Part shown: positions 1-10,320 of the stretch, one piece after another | Layout of the letters: every line of letters begins with the position of its first letter | How positions within the stretch are numbered: the stretch's first letter is position 1 | Source of the DNA: Candidatus Kerfeldbacteria bacterium | GTDB taxonomy: Bacteria > Patescibacteriota > Patescibacteriia > UBA10025 > JAHIVO01 | Assembly: GCA_016214565.1 (NCBI GenBank) | Contig: JACROE010000002.1 | Coordinates: 792,007 to 856,006, forward strand | DNA length: 64,000 nucleotides | Direction: 5' to 3' | Notes under the pieces: generated by a model | What the model was told of the DNA's origin: nothing | The model's database searches: none | The model's input: only the letters and a program-made list of their open reading frames with translations | Made by a program: the position numbers and the translations under genes

Positions 1-631
1 TCATGAGGGCGTGGATGTCCGTCCCGTTCGAGTGCATAATACGAAAATTGACAGCTTGGATCGGTTTAAGCTCGGTAAGCGGTTCATATTTTTCATGGGC
101 ACGCTGGAACCGCGTAAGAATGTATCGGCATTATTGCGCGCCTATAAGAAATTTCTCGAATCAGATGCGCGGTATCCGAAGGTGTCTTTTGCTCAGTATC
201 AACTAGTTTTAGCTGGCGCAAAAGGTTTTAAGCATGAGGAAATTTTTGACTTGATCAGACAGCTTAAATTACAGCGCCAGGTCAAATATTTGGGGTATGT
301 GACGCACAATCAAAAAATTGCCTTAATGAAGCGCGCCGCGTGTTTTGCCTTTCCCTCGAGTTATGAAGGATTCGGGTTGCCTGTATTAGAGGCGATGGCT
401 CTCGGAACCCCCGTCATCACCAGTAATGTGTCGTCATTGCCTGAAATCGCCGGCAAGGCCGCGCTGCTGGTAAATCCGGAAAATGATCAAGAAATTGCCC
501 GGGCACTGCAGAAATTACTCTCTGACCCTTCGCTCCAAAAGCGTTTAGGCTTGGTAGGAGAGAAACAGGCGGCGCGTTTTTCCTGGGATGAGGTCGCACG
601 AAAAACGTTAGTGGTGTATAAGAAGGTTTAG
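1..631 (+). CDS. Glycosyltransferase family 4 (GT-B), probably 5'-truncated by the window edge
   Basis: [33 protein letters not shown] and FSW motifs of the GT4 C-terminal domain. Confidence 0.9.
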   Translation, partial: HEGVDVRPVRVHNTKIDSLDRFKLGKRFIFFMGTLEPRKNVSALLRAYKKFLESDARYPKVSFAQYQLVLAGAKGFKHEEIFDLIRQLKLQRQVKYLGYVTHNQKIALMKRAACFAFPSSYEGFGLPVLEAMALGTPVITSNVSSLPEIAGKAALLVNPENDQEIARALQKLLSDPSLQKRLGLVGEKQAARFSWDEVARKTLVVYKKV

Positions 632-639
632 ACAAACTC

Positions 640-1248
640 GTGCTTATCTTACTGGTCGTGATTGCTGTTCCATTACTATTGATTGCCACCGGAATTATCC
701 CACATCGGTTCCGTTGGCATGTATTGGGTATGGTTTGCATTGCGGCGGTGGTGATAACCATCGCTCGTGAGCAAACCTGGTTCGACATCGGCATTCGGTC
801 AGATACACTTGTGCCCGCCGCGATCGGGTATGGAATTTTCGTTATCGTTGGATATGCCGCCATTCGGTGGTATAGCTCTCGCTTAGGTTTGTCTAAAGCT
901 GAAAACTGGAAATCGGATAGCCACTTTCGTTATTTATTTATTCCCATCAGCCTTGCCCAACAATTTGTTTTTATGTCGTTTACCCTGACTCGACTTAAGG
1001 AAGTCTTGGGTATTGGATGGCTGGCAATTATTATGAGCGTGATTATTTTTACCCTGGCGCATGCTGGCTATGGGAATTGGCGGGTTCAGTTGCTGCTCGC
1101 ATTAGTGGGCGGCGCAGGGTTTAGTGTATTATATTATTTTTTCCCAAACTTGATCATCGCGTCGTTGGCTCATATGGCGCTTAATCTGATAGCCGTATAT
1201 TATGGATTTTTTACCACAACGGCTTCTCGAGCTGCCATCAACCAGTGA
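640..1248 (+). CDS. CPBP (CAAX protease/Abi-like) intramembrane protein
   Basis: Multi-TM with FTLAH and ASLAHMALN motifs; the EExxxR motif reads QQFVFM, so it is degenerate. Confidence 0.6.
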   Translation: MLILLVVIAVPLLLIATGIIPHRFRWHVLGMVCIAAVVITIAREQTWFDIGIRSDTLVPAAIGYGIFVIVGYAAIRWYSSRLGLSKAENWKSDSHFRYLFIPISLAQQFVFMSFTLTRLKEVLGIGWLAIIMSVIIFTLAHAGYGNWRVQLLLALVGGAGFSVLYYFFPNLIIASLAHMALNLIAVYYGFFTTTASRAAINQ

Positions 1249-1284
1249 CAAAAAACAACCTTTTTTGTATACTGTACCAGTCAT

Positions 1285-1743
1285 ATGAAGGTAGTACTTG
1301 TCTACGATTCAGTGTTCGGAAATACTAGCAAAATAGCGCATGCGATATACGGCGCGCTAGGGAAAACCGCCAAAATCATTAAGGCCTGGGAGTTTCAGCC
1401 TGCCATGATTCAATCGGCTGATTTGGTCGTGATGGGGTCGCCAATCAATGTCTGGCGGCCAACCAAAAATATGCTTGAAGTTTTTGTTAAGCTCAAAGGC
1501 GTTGATTTGTCCGGCATCGCGGTAGCGACCTTTGATTCTCGATATGATAAATGGTGGGCGGGGACTGCCTGTACTCGAATCGCTCACGAATTGCAAAGTC
1601 ATGGCGCTGAATTAATTGCCAAGCCTGAACATTTCATCGTACTGGGGCACGAAGGCCCTTTGCGTAATGGTGAAGAGGAACGAGCGAAGGCTTGGGGCGC
1701 GAGTCTGATCCAAAAAGTTTCCACGCGCACACCTCGTGCGTAA
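1285..1743 (+). CDS. Flavodoxin-domain protein
   Basis: VYDSVFGNT FMN phosphate loop, GSP, ATFDSR, GPLRNGEEERAKAW. Confidence 0.85.
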   Translation: MKVVLVYDSVFGNTSKIAHAIYGALGKTAKIIKAWEFQPAMIQSADLVVMGSPINVWRPTKNMLEVFVKLKGVDLSGIAVATFDSRYDKWWAGTACTRIAHELQSHGAELIAKPEHFIVLGHEGPLRNGEEERAKAWGASLIQKVSTRTPRA

Positions 1744-1811
1744 CAGTTTCATGGAAGAGTCGGGGATGCCTTGCCAAGAGGCGTTTTTTAGGTTAGAGTA
1801 GGAGTTACCGT

Positions 1812-4715
1812 ATGACACCGGACGAGAAGAAAAACCAACGAATGGCATTCCCAGAAATTGAAGAACGAATCCTGAAATTTTGGGAAAAGGAAAAAATATT
1901 TGAACAGAGTCTTGCCCAAACGAAAGCGGGTAAGCCGTTTGTTTTCTTTGAGGGGCCACCGACGGCCAATGGCCGCCCGGGCATTCATCATGTCTTGGCC
2001 CGCGCCTACAAAGACGTGGTGCTCCGGTACAAAACCATGCAGGGATTTTTTGTGGAGCGGAAGGCTGGTTGGGATACCCATGGCTTACCGGTTGAATTGC
2101 AAGTAGAAAAGCAATTGGGCATTTCGGGCAAACCCGATATTGAAAAATTTGGCATCGCGGAATTTAATCAGAAATGCAAAGAATCAGTGTGGCAGTATAA
2201 AGAAGAATGGGAGCGCCTGACCAAGCGCATGGGTTTTTGGCTGGATCTCGAGCATCCCTATGTCACCTACGAACCGGCGTATGTAGAGAGCCTCTGGTGG
2301 GTGATCAAGCAGATTTGGGATAAGGACTTATTATATCGCGGCCACAAAGTCGTGCCGCATTGTCCGCGTTGTGGCACGGCACTTTCCTCGCATGAAGTAG
2401 CCCAGGGGTACAAAGACGTCACTGACACGTCAGTATTTGTAAAGTTTAAAGTCGTTGATCAGGACGATACTTATATCGTTTCTTGGACCACGACACCCTG
2501 GACGTTGCCGGGCAATGTGGCGCTGGCCGTAGGGAAGGATATTGATTACGTCAAAGTAAAAATAGACGGAAGCTTTTATTATTGTGCGGCAGGGGTGGTT
2601 GACCGTTTAGGCAGCACTTATAAAGTAGTTGAAGAATTAAAGGGTGCCGCGTTGGTTGGGTTGCACTATGAACCGTTATTTGCCATCAACGAATTACAAT
2701 CACCAACGTCGTATCAGGTGTATGCGGCCGATTTTGTAAATACGGAAGAGGGCACCGGCGTGGTTCATACCGCAGTAATGTATGGCGAGGATGACTATCG
2801 CTTAGGCGAATCCATTGGATTGCCAAAATTCCACACCGTGGATGAGCAGGGTAAATTTACCACAGCGGTGCCCGAATTCGCCGGGAAGTTTGTAAAGTCG
2901 GCAACGACGGAGCGGGCGATTATTGCATCTTTGTCTGAGCGCGAGTTATTACTCCGTGAAGAACCCTATAAACATTCTTACCCATTCTGCTGGCGTTGTG
3001 ATACGCCATTATTATATTATGCAAAAGATTCGTGGTTTATCGCCATGACGAAATTGAAAGAGCAATTGATCGCGAATAATAAAACGATTAACTGGGTACC
3101 GTCTCATTTACAGCAAGGAAGATTTGGTGAATGGTTGAACGAGGTGAAAGACTGGGCGTTTTCTCGCGAACGGTATTGGGGAACGCCATTGCCGATTTGG
3201 CGCTCCGCGGACGATCAATATCTGTGTATCGGCTCATTTGCAGAATTGAAACAGTACGCGCAAAAGCAAGAATTAGTTGGCGAGGCATTCGATCCGCACC
3301 GGCCGTTTGTAGATGATATTGTATTAGTGAAAGATGGTAGGGAATATCACCGGGTGCCGGAAGTGATTGATGTGTGGTTTGATTCGGGCGCCATGCCGTT
3401 TGCCCAGTGGCATTATCCGTTTGAGAATGCGGAGCGGATTGATACCGGTGTTAGTTTCCCGGCTGACTATATTTCCGAAGCAGTTGACCAAACCCGCGGC
3501 TGGTTCTACACCTTGCTGGCCGTTTCCACGTTGATCGGTAAATCAGCGCCGTATCAAAACGTCGTTTGTCTCGGGCATATTTTGGATGACAAGGGGCAGA
3601 AGATGTCGAAGTCAAAAGGCAACGTCGTGGACCCATTTGTTATGATGGACACCTACGGCGTGGATGCAGTGCGGTGGTTTCTCTTTACGGTGAATCAGCC
3701 GGGCGAGGCAAAATTATTCGTTGAACAGCAGGTACATGAGGTGGTGAAGAAAAATTGGATGATTCTATCCAATGTCGTTTCTTTTTGGAAACTGTATGCC
3801 GGTGAAGTGCGGAGCGAACCAGAGCGCCCCCAGGTCTCGCATGTGCTGGACCAGTGGGCATTAGCACGACTGGATAGCGTGGTCGCATTTGTCACCCAGA
3901 AATTTGATGTCTATGCGATTACTGAAGCCACCCGCGCCATCACCGACTATATCCAAGACCTGTCGACTTGGTATGTGCGTCGCTCTCGTGGTCGGATGAA
4001 ACAGGCGTCGGTGGATAAAGATCAGGCGCTGCAGACGTTGCAATATTCTTTAGTTACCTTGAGTAAGGTATTGGCACCCGCCGCGCCATTCTTTGCCGAA
4101 TGGATGTATCAGGAGACGACAGGGGCGAAGCAAAAAAGCGTGCATCTGGCCACTTGGCCGGCCGCTCACGCAGTTGATGCAGAACTTTTGAAAAAGATGC
4201 AGCAGGTGCGGGCAGTGGTTGAATTGGGCCACAGTTTACGCAAAACAAAAGAAATAAAAGTTCGGCAGCCATTGTCTCAATTAGTCATTCCCGAGCTGGC
4301 TTTGGATGCAGATTTATTGACCATTATCCAGGAAGAGCTGAATGTGGTCAGCGTTGTTCCCGCCAAAAAAATGCCAACCGGCGTTGAATTTGTGGCGAGC
4401 AGCGAGGGATCGATGCAGGTGGCGCTTGATATTACTATTACTGATGAATTGAAACAACAGGGTATCGTCCGCGAAATTGTGCGGCACCTCAATGCTCTGC
4501 GCAAAGATGCCGGCCTGACCATTACTGACCACATCACGGTCTATTATGAAATCGGCAGTGAAGAGCTAGAGGGGATTGTCAAGCATTTTAGAGATGTCAT
4601 TTGCCGGGAAGTGGTGGCGGATCATTGCTTGAAAGACATTCCAGAAAATGTTGATCTGAAGAAAGTACTTGACCTCGGGGGCACTAAATTACTTTTTGGC
4701 ATCAAAAAACTTTAA
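1812..4715 (+). CDS. ileS: Isoleucine--tRNA ligase, type 2 (IleRS2)
   Basis: EGPPTANGRPGIHH, GWDTHGLPVE, WTTTPWTLP, DQTRGWF, KMSKS. Confidence 0.97.
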   Translation: MTPDEKKNQRMAFPEIEERILKFWEKEKIFEQSLAQTKAGKPFVFFEGPPTANGRPGIHHVLARAYKDVVLRYKTMQGFFVERKAGWDTHGLPVELQVEKQLGISGKPDIEKFGIAEFNQKCKESVWQYKEEWERLTKRMGFWLDLEHPYVTYEPAYVESLWWVIKQIWDKDLLYRGHKVVPHCPRCGTALSSHEVAQGYKDVTDTSVFVKFKVVDQDDTYIVSWTTTPWTLPGNVALAVGKDIDYVKVKIDGSFYYCAAGVVDRLGSTYKVVEELKGAALVGLHYEPLFAINELQSPTSYQVYAADFVNTEEGTGVVHTAVMYGEDDYRLGESIGLPKFHTVDEQGKFTTAVPEFAGKFVKSATTERAIIASLSERELLLREEPYKHSYPFCWRCDTPLLYYAKDSWFIAMTKLKEQLIANNKTINWVPSHLQQGRFGEWLNEVKDWAFSRERYWGTPLPIWRSADDQYLCIGSFAELKQYAQKQELVGEAFDPHRPFVDDIVLVKDGREYHRVPEVIDVWFDSGAMPFAQWHYPFENAERIDTGVSFPADYISEAVDQTRGWFYTLLAVSTLIGKSAPYQNVVCLGHILDDKGQKMSKSKGNVVDPFVMMDTYGVDAVRWFLFTVNQPGEAKLFVEQQVHEVVKKNWMILSNVVSFWKLYAGEVRSEPERPQVSHVLDQWALARLDSVVAFVTQKFDVYAITEATRAITDYIQDLSTWYVRRSRGRMKQASVDKDQALQTLQYSLVTLSKVLAPAAPFFAEWMYQETTGAKQKSVHLATWPAAHAVDAELLKKMQQVRAVVELGHSLRKTKEIKVRQPLSQLVIPELALDADLLTIIQEELNVVSVVPAKKMPTGVEFVASSEGSMQVALDITITDELKQQGIVREIVRHLNALRKDAGLTITDHITVYYEIGSEELEGIVKHFRDVICREVVADHCLKDIPENVDLKKVLDLGGTKLLFGIKKL

Positions 4716-4723
4716 CGCTGGCT

Positions 4724-5473
4724 ATGGGTATGTACCAGCTGACCGGCATCATCCTCCGGCATCAGGATGTTCGCGAGGTTGATCGTTTGGTGACCATTTA
4801 TTCTCAGGAACAGGGAATGGCGACGCTCCGGGCACGGGGTGTGCGAAAAATTTCGAGTAAATTAGCGGGCAGTTTGGAGCCGTTACAGGCAGCGGTACTC
4901 ACCGCAGTTACTGGTGCTACATTTGACACGATCACTGGAGCAGAAATTCAATCTACCTTTCCTAGCATTCACTTAGACCCGCGCCGGAAAGCGGTAGCTT
5001 GGTTTTGTGCTGCGCTGGTGGCGACGGTCAGCCATGAACGGCAGCGCGATACTCGGGTTTATCAATTGCTTGAGCAAACATTTGTAGCGCTCGAAACACA
5101 TGATGGCCCAGCCCTCTATCAATTATTGCGTTGGCATTTTTCATGGCGCTTATTGGTGTTGTTGGGGCACGCCCCAGAATTACGCAATTGCATGGTGTGT
5201 CATCAGGCGATGTCGGCAGATGATACAATGTTTTCTGTCAAACGTGGGGGACTCGTTCATCTGCGGTGCCGCGGCGTTGACGCGTCGGCACGCCCAATTA
5301 CCACGACAACAATTAAGCTTATTCGTGAATTGTGTAATGAGGATATGAAACGCGTTCGACGGCTGCGTTATCCGGCTTCGATTGCTCGGGAATCGGACAC
5401 GCTCATTGACACTTTTCTTAGTTATATTTTTGAGCGAGACATATCCTTTGGCGCATTTGGGACTTTGGTCTAA
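4724..5473 (+). CDS. recO: DNA repair protein RecO
   Basis: GIILR..EVDRLVTIYS, ARGVRKISSKLAGSLEP, CxxC zinc-finger region. Confidence 0.9.
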   Translation: MGMYQLTGIILRHQDVREVDRLVTIYSQEQGMATLRARGVRKISSKLAGSLEPLQAAVLTAVTGATFDTITGAEIQSTFPSIHLDPRRKAVAWFCAALVATVSHERQRDTRVYQLLEQTFVALETHDGPALYQLLRWHFSWRLLVLLGHAPELRNCMVCHQAMSADDTMFSVKRGGLVHLRCRGVDASARPITTTTIKLIRELCNEDMKRVRRLRYPASIARESDTLIDTFLSYIFERDISFGAFGTLV

Positions 5474-5494
5474 TGTTTGGTATACTATGAGTGT

Positions 5495-7588
5495 ATGGCA
5501 CGGAAACAAAAATCACCAACTACTGGCGTACCGACCGAAATAACGACTGATGATCAGGAGGCGTTTTCTAAGGATGAACTAGCGTCACTGGAGTCGGTTC
5601 GGCCCGCATCCAATTCGATATCGCAATCACGAGTGATTAAGGTTGAAGAAGAAGCGGAGCCGGCCACGCCTAAGTCAAGCCGAAAAAAAATATCCGAAGC
5701 AGCACAGCAGTTTTCCGATTTATATCGGCGCGGCATAGGGGGTACACCGTCGACGCATTTTGACCGAACAGTACCAGGCCGCCGTAAAAAAATCATTATC
5801 GCCGTTATCTGCGGTTTGTTGGTAATCTGCGGTGCAGTCGCCGCCGGGTTCTATTTTTTTGTGAATCGAGAGGCTCAATTTGCCAATGAATCAATCTCTG
5901 TTCGATTTGAAGATGAACCGGTGATTACTTCCGGCTCTTCGTCGACGCTCATCATTATCGTGGAGAATAATGAATCAGTTGCCGTGCAGGATGTTGAATT
6001 AACCCTACAGCTGCCCGACTCATTTACTTTTGAGTCCTCAATTCCCCAAGCGGAAAACGAAGCGCATAATGCTTGGCAGCTTGGCACCATTGAACCGGGA
6101 AAGCAGAAACGTTTGAGCCTAACGGGAATGTTTTTGGGTGAAACTGGCAGTGCCATTACTTTTCCAACAATTCTTAGCTATACGCCATCGAATTTTAGCT
6201 CAGTTTTCCAAACCCAGACGACGCTCCAGACGACCATCAGCGGTTCGGTGCTTGAACTTGATCTGGAGAGCCCACCAAAAAGCATTGCGGGTCGCGATGA
6301 TCTGTATACATTAACACTGACTAATACCGCTGATCATCCTATTGCCCAGGTGGAAATCTCGGTCACCGCCCCCAATGACATGACGGTGAGCAATGTGAGT
6401 CCCGACCCACGGACTGAGGGTAAGCTGATCTGGGCAATCGCAGAAATCAAGGCGGGTGAAGAAATGCAATTCTCCTGGTCAGGTCGCATGGATGCAGCGC
6501 AGGGCACCAGTGGTGAAATACTGGCACAAGCTGGATATACCGATAGCGCAGGTGTATATGTGCCACAGGCGGAAATTACCGCGTTGGTATTTGTGATTAA
6601 TCCGCAATTATTAGTAACCGTGCAGCAGAATGATAGCATCAATGGTGAGCCGCGCGGGTTTGGTGAGCCAGTGGCGTATACGATCATGCTCGAGAATGGG
6701 AGTGATAGTATTATTGAAAATGTGATTGTCGATTTTAAACTTGTGGGAGCGGTCATCAATTGGGATGGCCTCATTGATCCGTTTGCTGGCCATCTCACTG
6801 ACGGGACATTGACGTGGGACTCGACCACCGTGCCAGCGCTGAAGTCGCTAGCGCCCAATGATACAGCGGAAATCTCAATGACCGTACCGGTGAGCAATAC
6901 TTTTACCCCATCCTCCGCAGACGATGGTAATTTTACGATTACGGCTACCGCGACCGCGCACTCGTCAGATGTTCGGGATTTGGAGGGTGAAACGCTGTCA
7001 GTGACGAGTGAGCCCTTAGTGACTAAGATAACGAGTGCTGTTACCTTGCGCAGCGAAGGGAGATATTATAATGACGAATATATTCCAGTTGGGTCTGGTC
7101 CATATCCTCCGGAAGTCGGCACGGCAACGACTTATCGAGTGTACTGGTATTTGCAGAATACGACCAATGAAGTTCAGCAGGTGACCGTAAGTGCAACATT
7201 GCCACAGGGAGTCGTTTGGGCGTTCCAGAGTTCAGCCACGGCGGGGAGTGTCAGCTATGATGCCGAAACCCGAGTAGTCACCTGGTCAATCAACCGATTG
7301 CCGAGGCACGTTGGTCAATTTATTCCCGAACTTGAAGCGTCATTTGCCCTGAGCATGACGCCTGCCGTGAGCGATGTCGGCGATGTCTTGGTACTGCTCA
7401 ATGCCACGACGGTCAGCGGCACTGACGCATTTACTGAAAGTGAAATAGCCAAAACAAGCGCGCCGATCACGAGTGCGCTTCCGACTGATCCTGTCGCGGC
7501 AGGTGATGGAGCCGTCATCATGCCCAAGCCGACCAATAGCAACAGCAATACTAATTCGAACAGCAACCTTAATACGAACGCGAGTTAG
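5495..7588 (+). CDS. Single-pass membrane protein with extracellular DUF11/Ig-like repeats and an NSN/NTN tail
   Basis: Charged N-terminus, one TM (IIIAVICGLLVICGAVAAGFYFF), Thr-rich beta repeats (WQLGTIEPG, GPYPPEVG). Start placed at ATG 5495, 8 nt after TATACT. Confidence 0.7.
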   Translation: MARKQKSPTTGVPTEITTDDQEAFSKDELASLESVRPASNSISQSRVIKVEEEAEPATPKSSRKKISEAAQQFSDLYRRGIGGTPSTHFDRTVPGRRKKIIIAVICGLLVICGAVAAGFYFFVNREAQFANESISVRFEDEPVITSGSSSTLIIIVENNESVAVQDVELTLQLPDSFTFESSIPQAENEAHNAWQLGTIEPGKQKRLSLTGMFLGETGSAITFPTILSYTPSNFSSVFQTQTTLQTTISGSVLELDLESPPKSIAGRDDLYTLTLTNTADHPIAQVEISVTAPNDMTVSNVSPDPRTEGKLIWAIAEIKAGEEMQFSWSGRMDAAQGTSGEILAQAGYTDSAGVYVPQAEITALVFVINPQLLVTVQQNDSINGEPRGFGEPVAYTIMLENGSDSIIENVIVDFKLVGAVINWDGLIDPFAGHLTDGTLTWDSTTVPALKSLAPNDTAEISMTVPVSNTFTPSSADDGNFTITATATAHSSDVRDLEGETLSVTSEPLVTKITSAVTLRSEGRYYNDEYIPVGSGPYPPEVGTATTYRVYWYLQNTTNEVQQVTVSATLPQGVVWAFQSSATAGSVSYDAETRVVTWSINRLPRHVGQFIPELEASFALSMTPAVSDVGDVLVLLNATTVSGTDAFTESEIAKTSAPITSALPTDPVAAGDGAVIMPKPTNSNSNTNSNSNLNTNAS

Positions 7589-8201
7589 GCTCGCGGAGTA
7601 TCAGGTGGAGAATGATGCTGAGAGCCGCAAAGAATGCCGCCCCTCCGAGGAGATAGGTGGCGATCATGGTTATTGTTTGACCGGAACTGATCAGTAAAAG
7701 TGCTACGGCGATGCTTTCAAGCGTCATTTTTATTTTTCCGGCGTTATTGGCTCCTAACCTTGGTTTCCGCTGCGTAAATCGTTGTACCAGCGGGCTGATC
7801 ACGATTGCTAAAATCACTAATCCTAATTCCAGACCGACCAGGGTGTAGATGATGGCGTCAGCGACTCTGTCGAGTGCCACAATAAAAAAGACGGTAATAA
7901 TAAGTATCTTATCAGCGGCCGGGTCAAATAATTTTCCTGTGGTTGTTTCGTGTCCACGCTGCCGGGCGACCACGCCGTCCAATACATCAGTCACTAATGC
8001 GACACCAAACACAATCAGCGTGCTGACGATATAGCCTCGGGTGTATAGCCAGTATATCGGGATTACCAATATGATACGGAGTATCGTAATGCCATTCGGT
8101 GTGACCCAGCGGGGGAGGCGCTGTGCCGTTCCGGCGAGAAGCGCATCTTTACGCTGATGGAGTTTGCCGAGCAATGTATGATTTATCGAGTCAGCGCGCA
8201 T
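7569..8201 (-). CDS. CDP-alcohol phosphatidyltransferase (PgsA-like)
   Basis: TPNGITILR and DVLDGVVAR..GKLFDPAADK signature; GKIKM. Confidence 0.9.
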   Translation of the reverse strand: MRADSINHTLLGKLHQRKDALLAGTAQRLPRWVTPNGITILRIILVIPIYWLYTRGYIVSTLIVFGVALVTDVLDGVVARQRGHETTTGKLFDPAADKILIITVFFIVALDRVADAIIYTLVGLELGLVILAIVISPLVQRFTQRKPRLGANNAGKIKMTLESIAVALLLISSGQTITMIATYLLGGAAFFAALSIILHLILREPNSRSY

Positions 8202-8236
8202 AGTGTATACTACTACTGTACCGGTTATTCTACCGG

Positions 8237-9349
8237 GTGTCTATGGTTACACACTATCGAGTTATTACTACCAGCAAAAAATCATCTGCCCGCACTGGGC
8301 AACTTCGCACCGCTCACGGAACGGTGACGACTCCGGCCTTTATGCCCATCGCTACCCGTGGAGCAGTCAAGACATTGTCAGCTGAGGATATGCAGTATGT
8401 CCAGTCTGACATACTTTTGTCGAATACATATCATTTGTGGCAGCGTCCAGGATTGCGTGTTATTAAGAAATTTGGTGGGCTTCATGACTTTATGCAGTGG
8501 CCGGGCCCCATCCTGACAGACTCTGGCGGTTATCAAGTATTTTCATTATCACAACGGCGCACCATCACTGAACGCGGGGTGAAATTTGTTTCGGAAATGG
8601 ATGGTCAGACACTTTTTTTGACTCCTGAAAAAGCCATTGATATTCAACATACTTTGGGTTCAGACATTATCATGGTGCTCGATGAGTGCCCGCCGTATCC
8701 GACGACCGCCAGCTACGCAGAGACGTCTATGGAATTGACTACCCGCTGGGCGGCTCGTGCGATTACCCAGTACAAGAAAAAAAAGATTCGGAACCAATTG
8801 CTTTTTGGCATTGTGCAGGGCGCGACATTCCCTGAATTGCGTCAGCGGCATGCTCAAGAGTTACGCCAGTTGCCGTTTCATGGGTATGCGGTGGGTGGTT
8901 TGGCAGTGGGTGAGCCTGAAGAAACCATGTATTCCATGTTAGACGCGACGGTGCCGTATTTGCCCACGGAAAAGCCGCGCTATTTGATGGGTGCGGGCAA
9001 GCCTGAGCAAATCATAGAGGCAGTGCGGCGGGGGATCGACATGTTTGACTGTGTAATTCCGACGCGCAATGCTCGGCATGGCCTATTGTATGTTTGGCGC
9101 ACGACGTCATTGAAAGGAAAATTTTATGACGTGGTGCATATTAAGCGAGCCCAATACCAAAACGACACAACTCCGATTGACCGTTTGAGTTCTGTGACAA
9201 CTTCAAAAAAATATTCTCGTGCCTATTTACGCCATTTATTTATGATGGGAGATCCACTGGCGTTGCGGCTGGCGTCTTTGCAAAATGTGGGTTTTTATTT
9301 GGAATTGATGCGGCGATTGAGGGTAGGCATTAAAGGTGGTACACTGTAA
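8237..9349 (+). CDS. tgt: tRNA-guanine transglycosylase
   Basis: TPAFMP, NTYHL, TDSGGYQ, GGLAVGE, DMFDCVIPTRNARHG. Confidence 0.96.
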   Translation: MSMVTHYRVITTSKKSSARTGQLRTAHGTVTTPAFMPIATRGAVKTLSAEDMQYVQSDILLSNTYHLWQRPGLRVIKKFGGLHDFMQWPGPILTDSGGYQVFSLSQRRTITERGVKFVSEMDGQTLFLTPEKAIDIQHTLGSDIIMVLDECPPYPTTASYAETSMELTTRWAARAITQYKKKKIRNQLLFGIVQGATFPELRQRHAQELRQLPFHGYAVGGLAVGEPEETMYSMLDATVPYLPTEKPRYLMGAGKPEQIIEAVRRGIDMFDCVIPTRNARHGLLYVWRTTSLKGKFYDVVHIKRAQYQNDTTPIDRLSSVTTSKKYSRAYLRHLFMMGDPLALRLASLQNVGFYLELMRRLRVGIKGGTL

Positions 9350-9353
9350 GCGT

Positions 9354-9737
9354 ATGCATGATTTCTTCAAGCCGACAAAAGCAAAAATAATATTAGCGTT
9401 ATTGATTCCGCTCTATATCGGATATGTAGTGGAAGTTACTAGCGTAACCGTGTCTGGGGCAACCTTTGATTTGACACGCGAATCCTGGCATATCACCGCT
9501 TTGCCTTACGCGGCGCTCATTTTTGGCGCTCTCGGCGTGATCGTCGGCCGGGAAAATTATTTTAGTGAATTGCAGAATTACTCGTTCATGCAGGGGGTTT
9601 GGTATTTCATACTTGAGGCTGTGTTACCGCTGTTGATTACGTATTTGTTGAGTTGCGGCATTATGTATGTCTATCGCCGATTTTTTCCAAGCAAAAAACC
9701 CGTTCCAATTCCAAATCAAAAAGACCTCGAACTGTAA
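9354..9737 (+). CDS. Hypothetical membrane protein (3 TM)
   Basis: Hydrophobic ORF starting FFKPTKAKI; TGGTACACT 8 nt before the ATG. Confidence 0.6.
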   Translation: MHDFFKPTKAKIILALLIPLYIGYVVEVTSVTVSGATFDLTRESWHITALPYAALIFGALGVIVGRENYFSELQNYSFMQGVWYFILEAVLPLLITYLLSCGIMYVYRRFFPSKKPVPIPNQKDLEL

Positions 9738-9832
9738 TTTATTATCAACGAAAGTATCTACAACGCGCGAGCGTTGTTTTATTGTCAGCTTTCTGGTACA
9801 ATACTCCTACTAAAAAAGTAAATGAAACAAAG

Positions 9833-10309
9833 ATGATTTCAATTCGAAAAGCGAACTGTGATGACGGGCAAACCGTATCTCAATTACTGCATTCTCGGTA
9901 TTCCTTCTCGACCGAAGATGAAGCCGCAGCAGTTTTTACTCATGAATGTGAGTATCAGCATTATCGCATTGCTGAGGTGGATGGCAAGCCGGTAGGCTTA
10001 ATCAGCTGGCGGCCGCAGGGAACTGAACGGCATGGGGTGGTGGAATTAACTCGGATCGCTGTTGCCCCTGACGTTGAAGACCGCGCTTTTGTCAAAGAAT
10101 TATTATTTGATCAAATGATTGCCGAAGCAGATTATTATTATAAACAGCACGGAAAACATCTGCGCAAAGTTTTTTCAATGATTCATGCGGACAATAAAGA
10201 TGTCAAGGAATTTTTCCAGAATAAAGGTATGCACCAGGAAGCAATTTTGCGCAATCACTTCCATCGCGGCACTGACGAATTGGTGTATTCGATATTTCTA
10301 GCCGCTTAA
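9833..10309 (+). CDS. GNAT-fold N-acetyltransferase
   Basis: ISIRKA..D, IAEVDGKPVG, ELTRIAV, N...FFQNKG..EAIL..HF pattern. Confidence 0.7.
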   Translation: MISIRKANCDDGQTVSQLLHSRYSFSTEDEAAAVFTHECEYQHYRIAEVDGKPVGLISWRPQGTERHGVVELTRIAVAPDVEDRAFVKELLFDQMIAEADYYYKQHGKHLRKVFSMIHADNKDVKEFFQNKGMHQEAILRNHFHRGTDELVYSIFLAA

Positions 10310-10320
10310 TATTTTTTTAC

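Noticed and set aside
1744-1811. T-box leaders ahead of ileS, glyQS or metG
   Set aside because: The promoters lie within about 12 nt of the start codons, leaving no room for a T-box.
7530-7588. NSN/NTN low-complexity tail (also at 59660-59730) as a DNA tandem repeat
   Set aside because: The codons vary, so this is protein-level low complexity rather than a nucleotide repeat.
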